From positions 62,372,001 through 62,436,000 of the forward strand of contig OZ296655.1 of assembly GCA_965655095.1 (NCBI GenBank): DNA of 64,000 bases, in the 5' to 3' direction. This stretch comes from Haplodiscus bocki. Taxonomy: Eukaryota. Of the stretch, positions 1 through 13,447 are shown in pieces. Numbering within the stretch: position 1 is the first letter of the stretch; every line of letters starts with the position of its first letter. A program made the translations under genes and the position numbers. The notes under the pieces were generated by a model. It was not told the origin of the DNA. It did not search any database and worked only from the letters and a program-made list of their open reading frames with translations.

Positions 1-1324
1 AAGAGGCAAGAAAGGAAGTGTGCAGCACATCAGGATTGTCTTTCCACAAAATATTAGATGGAAGCCAGGGCACAGAACTTGTCGGTTGAGGAGAACCTCA
101 GCAAAGAGAGGCGCGATCAGTTCTAGCACAAGGTGGAAAAGGTTGGTTTTGCAGCGTCTATTATCTCCTAACTGGGAAAAAGCTGTAGACAAGAGATGGG
201 TTCTTACATCAGAGGAGCAGAATGAGTTCTACAGTGCGAAAGAACATTTTACGAAAGAAAAAGGACTCGGCTACCCTGACAAGATAAAAAGGTGTGGAAA
301 AAGTAAGGCACACACAAAAAAAATTTGAGCAGCATTGTCAAATTATTCAGTTACGCAACAAATGACTGGGACAACCGGGAGAGAAAAAAAAACATGTGAG
401 TTAGGTAACCCTGAGTAAGTTATCAAGGATGCTTTCCACGGAGTTATATTTGCATTTTTTAAAAAAAGCACATGCATGGAATTTGTTACAGTCGCTGACG
501 ACAGCACACATGTTGGAAAGGGATGTAATCGTCTATTGGACAATACACAGTCGAGAGTGGTTGGATCAGGTATCCTGCAAAAGAAGCAGTGCCATCACGC
601 AGGCGGTCGTTTCTGTTCTACGTACGTTATTCGGGAGGGTACAGCGTTTTTAACTGTGAGCCAACTGCAGAGTTACCCATAGAAAGGTACGCGAAAGAAA
701 TAACTTTTATTACGTTGAAAAATGATACAAAGAATAAAGATTAAAATTCAACACTTTCGTTAGTTGAGACGAGAATTCCAGAAGCCCCCAGAAAAAGAGG
801 AGCCGGTAGCAAAAAGGCCGAGCCTTACAGAAAAAACAACTGTATAAACAAATTTGATCAACTATATTTACGTGACAGTATTCAGAGAGATCGGAATGAG
901 ACCTTTATTTTAAGGCCTGAACTGAAGAGAGGAAGGCTGAAAAAGGACATAAAGAACGGTCACCAGCACGGGAAAAAACGCATCAAATTTATGTGAAAAT
1001 TTACTTGCTTTAAGTTAAAACAATATCTGGCAAAAGAGGCTCAGTCTCAAACAAGGGTACGTAGGACGAGACTTTGAAAATTTTTTTTCTGACAGACAGA
1101 AATCATTGCTTGAAAGTAAACCAGTGAGGCAAAAGAAGTGATATCACTGAAACGCTGAGGAGAAAACGCGCCCATGATCTTGAGAAAAAGACATTTGAAG
1201 GTCAGATTGGATAATTTGAAATCGGAGGTACTTTAAATAGAGTTTATGTCCCAGAAAAGCCTGGTGGCGAGCTGAAAACGCTATCCACTGCAAAAGTGGC
1301 ATGCTGCACTAGTGACTAGGCTGG

Positions 1325-1720
1325 AAATTTGTGATTGTTAAACTCGAACCCGAAAAAAAACTTTGAATAGAATCGGAATACTCTTGGTCAATGTAACTAC
1401 TCATAGCCACAAACAAGTCCTGTGATTGCTATTTCTCGATTATTATTGCACGCAACGTGTTGCTTTAATTCTTGTAGGCTCGATTGAAGCCTGTTGTAGG
1501 TAAGGTTGTGAAGATATCGACTTTTGGTAACTAAATTAAAGATAAACCGAGTGTTTGGTTGATCGAAACATGTAAAAAAAATGCTAAGTGGGAAATTATT
1601 GAAAGACATTTTTCGCATTTCCTGGAGCTCGGGAAAGCAACAGGGTATCACAGAAGCTATTAGTTTTCCCAAAGCGAAATCTGAGGACACACAGTGTGCT
1701 ACGCATATAGCAACTGTTGG
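1325..1720 (-). pseudogene. TARG1/OARD1 (Poa1p-like) macrodomain, accessory ORF of Gypsy A
   Basis: Translation AHCVSSDFALGKLIA...RFIFNLVTKSRYLHNLTYNRLQSSLQELKQH...IAITGLVCGYE*LH*PRV aligns by eye with the TARG1 pattern AHCISxDxxMGAGIA...YIYYLITKK...KPTYENLQKSLEAMKSH...MPRIGCGLDRLQW. Stops occur near the C-terminus. Confidence 0.85.
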
Positions 1721-2449
1721 AAAATTAGTCTGAGAAGAGCAAAAATTCGATTGTACGCTAGAATCAAAAGTTGCATCACATCATGCTATGATGAGCGTTT
1801 CTTTAAGTCCTCCAAGAAGTAGCGAGATTGAACTTTCTTCAGTCGTTCCAAATAACAGGGTGGCGATTTTATCGAATGCGTAAAGTGTGCCGTAGTAGTA
1901 TGCATCTCTGGACCAATGGTGCCATTCGGCGCAATCGGGAGTGTACGCGTTACCTTACACGATTCGAGTATTGCTTCGCGTTTTCGGCTATTATAAGAAG
2001 TTTCCCGCGACCCTGTGTGCGGGTAATTCGGTACAAACGTAACATTTGATGTATTTTATTTTGACGGATTCGGTCTTCATACTCGCGCGGTGGCAGTAGT
2101 AGTCTAAATCATATGCTTTGGCTTTTCAAGCGTTGAAGATTTAGCCAATTGGCTTGAATCATCCGGCCTAGGTGCATTAGGGCTTGCAGGGCGCGGTAAG
2201 CGTTAAATCAGAAAGAACATTGAATTTTTGCTCGTGGGGTCATCTGATTGATCGCTGAAGCGGATTTGCTTGACTGAGGCTGTATAGGCCCGAAAGCACC
2301 TCGATTGTCAGTAGGCATGGCCTCTGATTATTGAGGAGCTAAGGCTGGTGCCTGAATAAGCTCAGGAAAATTTTGCGGATTGAAAAGGCCGTCAGCAAAA
2401 TTAAGAGAGGTTCTTGAACCATCGCTCGTGCTAATGTTTATATGACTAG

Positions 2450-5400
2450 AATGTGATCGCTCTGGCCTTTTGTATAAGTCGTTCCCTTTTTTCGAATCAA
2501 ATAATGAAATTGTCGAAGCTTACTCAACAAAAAAAAGAACCCAAATTGACAAAGACCTGTTTCCAAAACCCGATTGCGTCAACAAATTAGGAATATACAG
2601 AAGACAGTAAAGAAAGAGATAGACGTTTGGCTTCAGCTTTGGAATCGTAAGAAGCACGGTATTCCTTGTACAGTAAGTTTGAGCTGCGTTCCAGAAAATT
2701 TCTTGTTAATTCCATCTTGTTATGTGAAAAATTCTTTGGAGAAACTTCACTTCTTGGAGAGAAACGTTCAATCAAAGTGTTACTAAATCGTAAGTCTAAT
2801 GGCTTGAGTGGTTCACGTACATGGAAAACAACTGTAGGACCACAGTCAGACACTGAAAGACAGGTTTTGTGAAAAAAAGTCGCTGGTTGCACGTAGTTGA
2901 ACCAATCATTCCACAGTTCAATGGTATTCCACTTGAGAATAAGCTTAAGTGCATTATGAGAGCGTTCCACAACTCCCACCGTTTGTGGGTCTATTAAGCT
3001 TGCACGTTCCAGCAATTTCAATTGTTTTGTCTAAATCTTGGATGCGTTCAGACACAAAAGAAAAACCGAAGTCATGAAGAATTGTTTTTGGCAAATAACT
3101 TTGAAAAAACCAATGTCGGAAAATCATTGAATTCAGTTAACGCGCAGTGGCGTCCGCTTCGACAGTTATCAAAGGGACAACAAAAATTTCGTAAACATCG
3201 AAAACTGTCAACGTAAGCATTGCATTAAGCATGCCGTTAAATTAGGAAGGTTAAACCGCTTGGGAAAATCTTCAATATTTCTGGGAAACCAAAAAGTCTA
3301 GCGGTTTTGCAGTTCTATAGGCGGAAGGCAACTTAACGCCGAACTGCTTTCGGTACATAAAATTGCTTGCAGTTTACCACAGTCAACATAAAAACGATAT
3401 CGGAAAAGATTTCCAACGACGGAGCGGTTGAATTGTTTTAGGTAAATCGCTCAAAACATCCCCAGAATCATTCGTTTCAATTAGGTTGACTTTTGGAACT
3501 TGTGTCAGAGAAAAAAGACCCATGAAACGAAAATCAGGCCCATTAGTAGGCGTTTTAGCTAGCAATAGGTCATGAAGACCATGGGCTTTCAACTGACTAA
3601 CAAACTCATCAAGAACAGAAAATGTAATTGATCAGAAAATCGCTGTACCTTAGCAATATCTGACAAAGACAACAGGTGCTTTCCTTTCGTTTCAAGTTCA
3701 ATTTTGCGCATAAGCAGATGATATTTGCGATTCTGCAGACTCAAACTAGGATCCGTATGCATGCGTGAAAGAATCTACATTAGAGTTCGCTCTACCAGGA
3801 ATGTGAGCTAGCAAAATGTTGAAAGATAGAAATCGGCCGACACTTCCACGAGAAGGATGAATACTCTGAGTGAAAAAATTGAGTCAGCTTTCCATTATCA
3901 GCTAAATATGGGGCGATTTTGTAGGTCCCCAGATAAAGGGAGAAAAAATTTCTAACGCAAAATGCAAGGCTAAAAATTCTAAAGAAACCACAGAAAAAAT
4001 TGTATAGCAGTGAAAAGTTTCGAACCAACAGAAACTGATGTGTATTTTTTCCCTCGTCGTTTTGATCAATTAGGTAATCTCGAGTAATTAGAACAAATGC
4101 AATGCCAAGAAAACATGCGTCTTACAGGAGGAAAATCTGAAGGCCTGGTTTCGCTAAGCTTAAAGCTAAATTCGTTGAGCGTGTTAAGTCAGATTTCAAA
4201 GTGTTTGGGGTCTCATGATGACGGTTGGTTATGACAAAATGTTTTTTTTTCGAAGTAATTGATAAAATATCAAACTTTTTGACCCTGATTAGGAATGAAA
4301 TTCAGGAAAAACTGCACAAAGCCAATCAAGAGTTATACTGTTTTAACTGTCTTAGGCATTCGAACTTGTCCGAATTTTTCTGCCCTTTCGGGTGACATTC
4401 CTCTCGGGCTGGTTGTGCTACCGAGGGTGTCAATCTTTGTCGTTACAAACTCACATTTAATTGCAGAAAATTTCAAAACCGATTGCCAACAATCAAAAAC
4501 TTTTCGCGAGCAGGTATCATTTCATCAAAATTATCAACTCCGGCGGAAGTATCATGCATGGATTGCGTAGAAATATTTGCTTTCAAGGAGGAGTCAAGGT
4601 AGTGATTCAAGAACGAACTAAATCAGGTAATGGATTGAATAAGATCTTGACCTCGGAGAAAGTGCGCAAAGTGAAGTTGAAACCAAAAGTTGAACCGCAA
4701 GGTCGTCTGCCATTTGAACACAATGTAACACCTGGAAAAAATCTAGTTTACAAAACAACCTTCTCTTAGCGAACTGATTTCTGGCATCCGACTTACCTGA
4801 ACTCAGGTAAATGCTAGTTAAAAATTCATGATGTAGTAGATGGTTGAGGCTCCGTATATCAATGAGAATTCTCAGTTCACTTGCGATGAGCAAAAAATGG
4901 ACTAGTGTATTTGGAATGTGAGAGCGTTATAACGTTAAAGTAATGCAACAAGTAGTGGTCAACCAATATGTCATCACGTAGGTGTGTTGGAGCAGGTGGA
5001 CCTCGAACATACACTGGAGGCGGGTTTTAGAGCGTCAGTTTAAGTTTGAATTCTGTGTTATAACCCAAATCAAAGCGATGTTTGCACACCAAATCCCGGT
5101 ATTCAACCAGAAATTCAACCAGTTGCCTTTTTTGTCAGTATAAAGACAGGTCAACAATGATTTTTCATCAATATTCCGTTCTGTGGAAATCATTAATTTT
5201 ACTATCCATTTTTTGAACCTTCAAAACGATCATAAATTTCTCTCTGCGGAGGCATCAGTTTGAAAAAAATCATTGCACGTCTGTGGAGTTGGAAGCCAGA
5301 GTTTCGACTAATCCAGAGGTGGGCGACTTGTTGATGAGTCAATTTTGACATTGGTGAGCGACATGAAAAACTTGAATCAACTGGTTCCGTTGGTCTTCAA

Positions 5401-6220
5401 AATCTGTCGAGGTAGGCGTTTCCGCTAATGAAACCAGCTGAGGGTCAAGTTCGATAAAATTTTCACGCTGGTTTTGTCCAAAACTTTGAAACGGAGCATT
5501 TTTGCCTGGTTTTTCAGTGTAATTCGGGTATGGGAAAGATGTATAGCCTACACAAAAAATTTACTGCCATCATCAATTGTAGTAAAAAACGGTAAGAGCA
5601 AGGCCACGTTTGCCTTTCCATCGATCACTAGGAATAATAGGTCCAGCAACAAAGTTGTACAGATCACAATGCTTCACCTAATAGGTCTCCGAGAGTGCTT
5701 GAGACAAAGGCGGAATGTTTACTTATTCAGTCAGTTCAATTTTCGGATTTTTCGTGTAAAACAGTTTTTTTGCCCTGTTGAGGTAGAAATTGATTCAAGT
5801 AGACTGTCAAATCTGGTAATTGTGAAAGATTTTATTTCGGATCAATCGTTATATCATACTTTTCAAGAAGGAATTTCCAAGAACAACATTTATCGTAGTA
5901 GGCAAAATTTAAAATTGTCTAGAAAATAACGAGCTCCAAATTGAAAAGAAACAATTGCATTTTCATCAATAATCACTCCCTGACCAGAGGCCAATCTAAC
6001 AGCTAAAAACGGTTTTTCTAAGATGAAGTTTAGGATTAAGTTTTATAAGGCACTTCAAATAATGAACCAGGTAAGATATTAGCACAGGAGCCTGTATCAA
6101 TTTCAGGCTCTCCGTTGAATTTGAGAACAATTAGGTCAAATATAAGAGAGGTTTTCTTCGAGAGAAAGAACATCAAACAATTCTGGCGGGTCAATACAAG
6201 AAAATTCACCAAATGCATCT
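2450..6220 (-). pseudogene. Gypsy A pol (protease, RT, RNase H, integrase), frameshifted
   Basis: Protease IDTGSCANIL (~6075-6105); RT LRILIDIRSLNH and FCKLDFFQVLHCVQMADD (4618-4893 ORF), with a degenerate YxDD 'SMHD' at ~4550; integrase HxQTVGVVERSHNALK...WFNYVQPA (2587-3021 ORF). Confidence 0.9.
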
Positions 6221-6276
6221 GGCCTTCTAGACTTAACTTTCTTTACATGATAAGTCTTGAGTCTTTCGCAGCTGAT

Positions 6277-7750
6277 TCAGTTTTTTGAATTGTGGTTAAA
6301 AGGATCCTGCATCCCGCGTCTTGGACGATTTCCTCTGACAGCGCAATAGGCTGCTAAGTGATTAGGAAGACCACATTTATCACACGTCAATGTTGACTGC
6401 TGTGTATATGGCATATACTTAGGATCCGGCATAAAAACACCAAACGTAGGTCTCGGTGGAAAATTCGAATCCTGAGCTTGAAACCTCTGGTTTGAAAAAT
6501 TTTGATTTTGAGGCGGAAGCTTTGAGGGTTGTGGCTCGAGAAAAGAATTTGGATTTTGCAACAGAATAATTCTGTTGTGACTGTTGTCGAAGCGTAAAAC
6601 CATCCTGGGTTCAATTTTGCTCAAGAGGTCTTTGAAGATTCGGTCCAGGTCCTCTGAAATCTCCTTCGTTACCGCGGATCCTAGCTAGCTGCCAGTCTGT
6701 ACGGGCGCAAGAGTGATTGGAAATCGAAAACTGACAGTCACAGGTGGCAATATTCCGTCACAATTTGGCCTGTAACCACTGGAGGGATGTTGCAACACGG
6801 AAGGAATCCTTTTATCAAACAACGTTGGCTCACCACGAGAGCGGCCCAACGATTGATCGCAATGAAAGTTGTCAAAGTTGATAACAGTTACATCAACAAC
6901 GCGAATTAGCGGAGTTACAGTTCGCAATCTGATGTGATCGCTACATTGTGTAAATAGTTCCCACTTTTAGAATTAAAGTTTTATGTCGGAAGTTTTTCAA
7001 AACGGTAAAGTGAAAACCAAATCAGGAACGATTTGATTGCAAAATCCGATTGAGTAATGAATTTAGAATTAGGCAGAAGAGAGCAAAAAAAAATGATCTG
7101 AAAATACCAATTTCCTCGCGAAAAGTCCACGAATTTTTAAAAGGAGCCCCGCTGATACTGCTCTGACTGATTCTTTTTTGAAAATGGGTTTTACAGAGAT
7201 TGTGAAAAGATATGTGCTTTCGAGTCAAAACACAAAGCTATTCGACTGTGTTGTTTCCAAGTTGCTTTAGCAACTCTGCACGTCGCCAGCTAGGCATGTT
7301 TTTCATGAATTGATGCCGAACTTCAACTGAGCGTGCTTCTTCAGCAGAGTGTATTATTTCCGCGCAACGCGCTGTGTCTTGATCAAACCTAGTTTGATCA
7401 ATTGCTGAATCCGCTGAATGCGCGTCAACTTGTATAACTGGCGGAGGATGTGGATTCGGATAGGTTTTCAATCCTTTCGTTTGCAAATTTAACAAGTATT
7501 CCGGATTATCAGTGCTCAAATCATATTTGAGATTTTCAAAGTTGGAAACGCGTAGTTCTCGTGGCTGTGGATCGCAAAAGCGATCATGCAGAGCAATTAC
7601 TGAAAGTTCCAAACTTTGACGCTAAAAGCAAAGTTTGGAACAACGTAGCGCTGCATCTCAAAGATGCAACTGCAGAAAACTAGCTTACTGATTAGCAGGA
7701 ACTACAACTAGGGCCAAAATACTCCTAACTAGTTGCGCGGATTCACGAAA
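6277..7750 (-). pseudogene. Gypsy A gag
   Basis: Zinc knuckle CDKCGLPNHLAAYC (ORF 6277-6624); capsid-like FENLKYD...EYLLNLQ (ORF 7238-7612). Confidence 0.8.
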
Positions 7751-10700
7751 ACTCTTCCAATTGACCCGAATAAAAATTAGGTCTAAGTTGAGGTTAAGCC
7801 AAGATTTATATTGAAATCAAGTCAGTTAAGTTAAACCATTAAAGTTTGCAGACAACAAAGGAAAAAAAGAAGCTGATGGAATGAGAACTCGAAATTGTCA
7901 GCAAAAACCACCCCCTGAAACGAATTTGTTTTTTTTTGGGAAGAATAATTCTTGAAAAAATGGAATAGCTTGTGGAAGGTTTCTTATTGAAAAAAAGAAT
8001 TTTGTAAAAACCGTTGGAAGAAGAAACAGACGAAGAAGATGGAGATGACAAACACAGTACCATCCAATGCGACGAAAAAGTCAACTTAAAATTTCAGAAT
8101 CGTGTGTAAATCAGTGTTTGTAAAAGAAAATTCGGAGTCAGAAACTTGCCAAAATTATTCGGAAAAGTTTGGTGCAAAATAAAATGATCCAAAAGAATGG
8201 AAATTGAAAGCGAAAAATTGACAGTGAACCTTGTTCCAGGTCAAAAATAAGCAATTGAAACAAACTGAGGCGTTTAAAAATCTTTATCTTCACAACATCA
8301 AAACTGGCTTTGAGCTCACCAACACATTTGAAAAAATAAGCGATTTGAAACACAACTTCAAACGTCTGACTGGAAGTTCATGTTCAAATATCCTACTATC
8401 GTTCTGCTCCAACTCAATATTTTACTTCAACTGTAAAAGTGCCACTATCAATTTTGAACTGCGACCTTTCAATAATGCTATTACATAGAAATCGAAAAAA
8501 TTTTGTACCGGAAAAATTTCGCAATCCAGACGTTGAACTGACTTCCAGTGTTTTTTGAAAAGCTTTCCTCCCAAAACACACAGCGATCGAGTCGGACAAT
8601 TTTGCAAAACTTGTCAATGTTCAACGATACTGCCGATCCGTCTGTTGTTTTAATTTCAGAGCTCCGTGGATCTACAACAGAAACCTGTCTTGGAGCTGGA
8701 GTTTCAGCGTGAAACCGGATCTGGATGAAGTGATGGCTTCGCAGCGGGTGGTTGGCAGGGAGCTTCAGGTGGGCATCCTAGCCCGAAAAGAATACTGCCT
8801 TTCTGTATTGTGTCATCAGGACTGTCTCCGAACTGTCACCAACTTAAACATCCCAATTTAAGTCTTGATTGCTATGAAAGTCCGAGGAAGACTGTGAAGG
8901 CGAGCGGACAAGTACTCCGGAGCTTGGGTCACTATCGTATATTTTAATTAGTTGAAAAACAAACCATGCAATATTTCCATTGTTTTCTCTTCTGAGCTTG
9001 TGGTGAAGGCTCCGTTTTTCCTAAATATCTGAGTAAAGAAAATGAACAAATGGTTTGAAACTTTTCAAGTTGAAAAAAGAATATTCGAAAGTTGAAATGT
9101 CATGGAATTCTGGGTCTAATTTCGAGTTCATCTGTCTTCAACTCAGGCATTTTGATTCAGTACATGACAGTTAGTGTGGGGGGAGGGTGACATGATTCAA
9201 ACACGTCCACAATTTGTCGGCCGCTGGTTCTTTCTGTATTATAGCTACTGTCTTTGTTTTCACATAAGATCATAGTCCTGAATTGCCTTCAAAGTGCAAA
9301 TCTTCAAAGACAACATACATTCTGTCGCAGAGCATGTAGTAGTAGAGAAAGAGAGACAAGTTGAAATTGGGAATAGTATTTGGTTCTGATAGTCTGCTCG
9401 CTCAGAGCCGCGCGTGGTTACCAGTCCATTAAAACGGCGGCAGATGCGCTTCAATTATTTTGTTAAAAACATAGGGTCGATGGAGCTTTCATCTCTTTAA
9501 TTTCGTTGCCTTGCTGGCTCCGCGAACAAAGAGTGCGTAAGTTCAATAGCAAGGACCTCATGAGCGATGAAAGGAAAATAGAAAATGAAATATTCTATCA
9601 ATCAGTCAACCGGGGGAAAACAAACGTATGCCATTGAATTGAAAAAACGGCACAATTGGGGAACCGAGTCATGTCTGGCTGAGCGATAGAAGTGGGAAAT
9701 GGGAGGAGTCGTTATCTATTCCAGTAAACTCCGTTTAAACAGTTGTCTCGATATTATAAAACTTGGAGCAAAATTCATTAAAATTTTTTCCTTATAAACC
9801 TCTTACTCCATATTTGTAAATAGCCCCGCATTAAAAAGAATTATCATCAACCCAGCAATCGAAGCTCCGAATTAAAGAGACCCCTTTTTCGTAAAAATTC
9901 AAGAAATCCGAGAATTACTCGTAGGAGGTCCTATGTAGAAGAATGCTGGCTAAATCTTCATTATAAAAAGCATTATAAAATCTGAAGCATATCAGAAATT
10001 TTGAGTTAAAATTTATTATGAAACTTCAAAACCAATCCAAAATCCGAATGGAATAAAGACATAGAAAATGTTGAGGATCAGTTTATCAATCCACATCCGA
10101 AATACAAATGATATAAATGTCCCAGAAAAACCGTAGGAATTTATGTAATAAGTTAAACATAGGAAAAATTGGACAAAAAATGATTGTTATAAAACCTCCT
10201 GTAGATTTAACCTGGAGTGGTCTAGTATGAATTTGGGTAATACGGGTGAATATATATAATTTTTACGGGTTGGGGCTAGGAAGGAGACTATGTTTCTCCA
10301 ACTTTTCTAGCTCTGATTTTCTTGTGGTTGGGTTTTAATTTTAGTTGTTAACCTTATGTCATATATGAACTTTCACTCTTTTGTTTACAATCAGTAACAG
10401 GCGTTTCGCCGTCAACTGGTTGCAAACTAGATATTCCCCTTTGGTCAGGCGTGAGCCGTCGACGAGGGACTTACATGAATTTTATTTTAAGTTATCTGAG
10501 TCTTTCACTCACACTCAGTAGTTGGATTAGCATAGCAATTGGTTGAAGTAGCTTAATTTTCCCCATTTCCAAACCGTGAGTTAATCTCCGGATTTATTGG
10601 CGGGATTTGGTTTATTTCAAGTTTTATCTAAGACTCAGGCAAACAGTTCGTTTACAACGGCAAACTGGTGATGTTCTCCTAGTTTCACTTTTTCTCCAAC

Positions 10701-11020
10701 CGAGATTTTTCTCCGAGGGTTTTTATGAAGGCATTTATAAAAAATTGGAATTGATCAGAGAGATGTACTCATTCTGAACTAGAAAACTCTTTAACTAACG
10801 GATACCGTTGATGGAGTTGGGTGATCTGTTTGTGATTCTGGGACTCTCCTCTTAGAAATCTGACTTGCGAAGGAATTGAATAGGAAATTTTGAATCAATG
10901 CAAAAAATGTGATTGTTTGAATTTTGCAAACGCGGACGGTTTCTTCATATTTAATCCGTATCTCGGAATTTAGAATGAATTCTTAAAACCACGGAAGCAG
11001 AAGAGGTGAGATTTGATCTA

Positions 11021-12767
11021 TGTAACGTCAACTCTCTTTCCTAGGAACCTCGTGAGGGTCGTGCAGTTTAAGATCCACTCATGCTTCAGAACCGGAGCTC
11101 GTCAGCGGAATCCGCACACGCTAATACCGAAGCTAGCGTTAGTGGACACTGTTAAGACTCCAGCGGCAAGAGTATAGAATAAATAAAAGGTTGCGCAAAT
11201 TAAGATTCGCTCTTGTTTCAGAACCGAAGTTCATCCACGGAATCAGCACACGCCAATGCCGAAGCTAGCGTTAGTAGACACCGTTTAGACTCCGGAGGCA
11301 AGAGTATGAAATGGGTGAGCAAAAACGGGAATTTTTCTCAGTCAGAAAGAAAATGGGACTTGAAATATTTTCGCGAGATTGGAAAGATTTTGCGGCTAAG
11401 ACAGAATTTGGAATTGTCTTAGAATAGTATTGCAGAATTGAAGTTGGACTTGGAATATTTTTGTCCGAAGAGAAGAGAGAAGTGGAATTGGACTTGAAAT
11501 AATTTGTCCAAGTAAAAAGGAAGGAGAGTAAAGTAAAGCAAGTCAGAAGAGGAGTGAGGAGTCCCGTCCGTTAAACGGGAAAGAGAATAATGATCGAGTC
11601 TCTTTCCCAGACCGACTCCAAAATAACAGCATGCTGCCATTTCATGCAACCAATAAAAAATCGGCTTGTACCAAGCATGGTTGGCAGCTGGAGCCAATAG
11701 AAAAATAGCTCCCGTTAGAAATTTTTTGTAAAAAATGATTTGTGCAACTCCAATGATTTATTTATTCCATCAGTTTTTTTACTTTCATTATTCTGGATCA
11801 GCCCCTCAAAAGGTTAGCTTTAATTATTTAATCGTGTTTCAATTAATTAACGTTTAAGCGTTATGTGTAACGCGATAATTCTTTGACAAAATATATGATA
11901 AACTGATTCAAAATTTGAGTAAACTATTCTTTACTCTTGCCGTCATACCTGGTCAGTGCTATTTCACTAGTTCAATTTGTATCTTTTTGAACCTCGATTT
12001 TGCATATATTTGCCTCAGTACGTTTACGCTCTGAAATAATTGCTCGTTATTTTAAAATAGTTGCATTCATTCATCGATCACTTTCACTTGGCGTGCAATG
12101 TTTTTGGATTGAACTATACGACCGTTTCGATCGAAAGGGCGAAAACATTTCGGAAAAAATTGCGGGTATAACGTAAAGAACCGCTCTGGAATACAACTCT
12201 TTAATTGCCCTATGACTGCATATGATTGCAAACCCATTGTAGTAACTCTCAATTTGAGATCCCTCAAAATTCGCACCTATAGCTTTACATATAAGGCCGA
12301 AAATTAGATTATAATTATATTAAACATAATAATTTATTCCGTAAATAAGAGTCAACAATCCAATACAAAAGTCTTTACATTCCCATAAAATAGTATTTAC
12401 AATAACAACTGAGGGATATTGATAGAAACCATAACCTATGAAAAGTCATCAATCTACATTCCTATGGCAACGACGGCGTTCAAAAATTGGTTCCATTTCA
12501 ATAAAACCAGAGAATATGTAGGAAATTCTTGAAGCTATAACTCTCAAAAATCAACATAATGTTCTGAAAACTAACAGAATTGAGAACTCTGTTACTACTA
12601 GAGACATAGCTATGCTAAGAAACACTTTCTACATTCTAACCTGAAACTGATGTACTCCGAGACAAGGCAAGTCTCCAATTATTCCTCACACTGGAATTAC
12701 TAGAAACAATTTTGCCGTTAGTTAGGAAAACTTTAGGTGAATGGCACATTGGCAAGAAGTCTTTACA
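11021..12767 (+). mobile_element. Probable LTR (solo LTR or 3' LTR of a truncated element)
   Basis: Termini TGTAA...TTACA; flanks TCTA/CCTA form a near 4-bp TSD; a purine-rich tract lies just upstream. Internal CCAAT boxes (~11650, ~11695), TATA-like CATATAAG (~12288) and AATAAA (~12500) fall in U3-R order. Confidence 0.5.
11069..11307. repeat. Two imperfect direct repeats (~107 bp, period 132 bp) with nested hairpins
   Basis: 11069-11175 (TAAGATCC...GCAAGAGTAT) and 11201-11307 (TAAGATTC...GCAAGAGTAT) share CCGAAGCTAGCGTTAGT and other blocks. Confidence 0.9.
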
Positions 12768-13447
12768 CCTACTTCCACAGGGCGAAAGAATTTCGGTCAT
12801 ACTGGCTCAGCTGTACCGTAGTCTCGCTCTAGAGCTCGGGTATGTATGCCTTCAGTCATCAGTATCTGGAAGTGAAAAAAAGTAAAACATAGCCGCCCAA
12901 GGCGGATAGGAAACGTTTTGGTATAACCATAGGGTCCTCCTTATCCCTTACTGTCTTCGCTCGAGTTGGGATAAATGGATTCAAAAAGTCATGGGGTTTA
13001 CACATTAATAAGTATATTAGCTGGGCAACGATAAATTTTTCGAAATATTTTTGATTTACACACTCTCACCACTACTATGATGATGCATATGGTTCCTCCT
13101 GTACTCACACGCAGCTTTACTGCGTTTTGAGAAAAAAAACATTTCGCAAACAAATTTCGCACGAAAATGCTTATATCGGATGAAGCCGTAAAATGTACGG
13201 AAAAGCATCAGAAAAAATCAAAAATCAGAAACACTATAAATACATCGTAAAATTTTCCGAAGTCCTAAAGCATTTCAAGGTTTCCAATACTACTCTCATC
13301 ACCGTTTGAAGTTTTACACTTTACTGTAGATTACCCATTACCTAAGAATACGATGTTTTCAAATTCATAAACTCTTGTAATACACCAGTAACTTCAATCA
13401 CAAAACATTAATGAAACCGCGCCCGCTTTCAGTTAATTATACTCACT

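Larger units (their letters stand above)
1..8935 (-). mobile_element. Ty3/Gypsy LTR retrotransposon A (decayed; no 3' LTR identified in window)
   Basis: Minus-strand order gag (CCHC knuckle) - protease - RT - RNase H - integrase, then accessory ORFs toward position 1. A possible degenerate PBS (minus-strand TAGTGACCCAAG, ~8922-8933) marks the 5' end of the internal region. Confidence 0.85.

Noticed and set aside
5474-5929. 151-aa plus-strand ORF and similar antisense ORFs in the track
   Set aside because: Antisense to decayed pol, often with TTG/GTG starts; no recognisable domains.
11069-11307. CRISPR-like array
   Set aside because: Only two long imperfect units, no spacers or cas genes, and a eukaryotic context.
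12795-12865. Minus-strand CTGATGA...CGAAA as a hammerhead ribozyme
   Set aside because: Spacing is too long, with no supporting helices; the sequence follows a splice-acceptor-like site.
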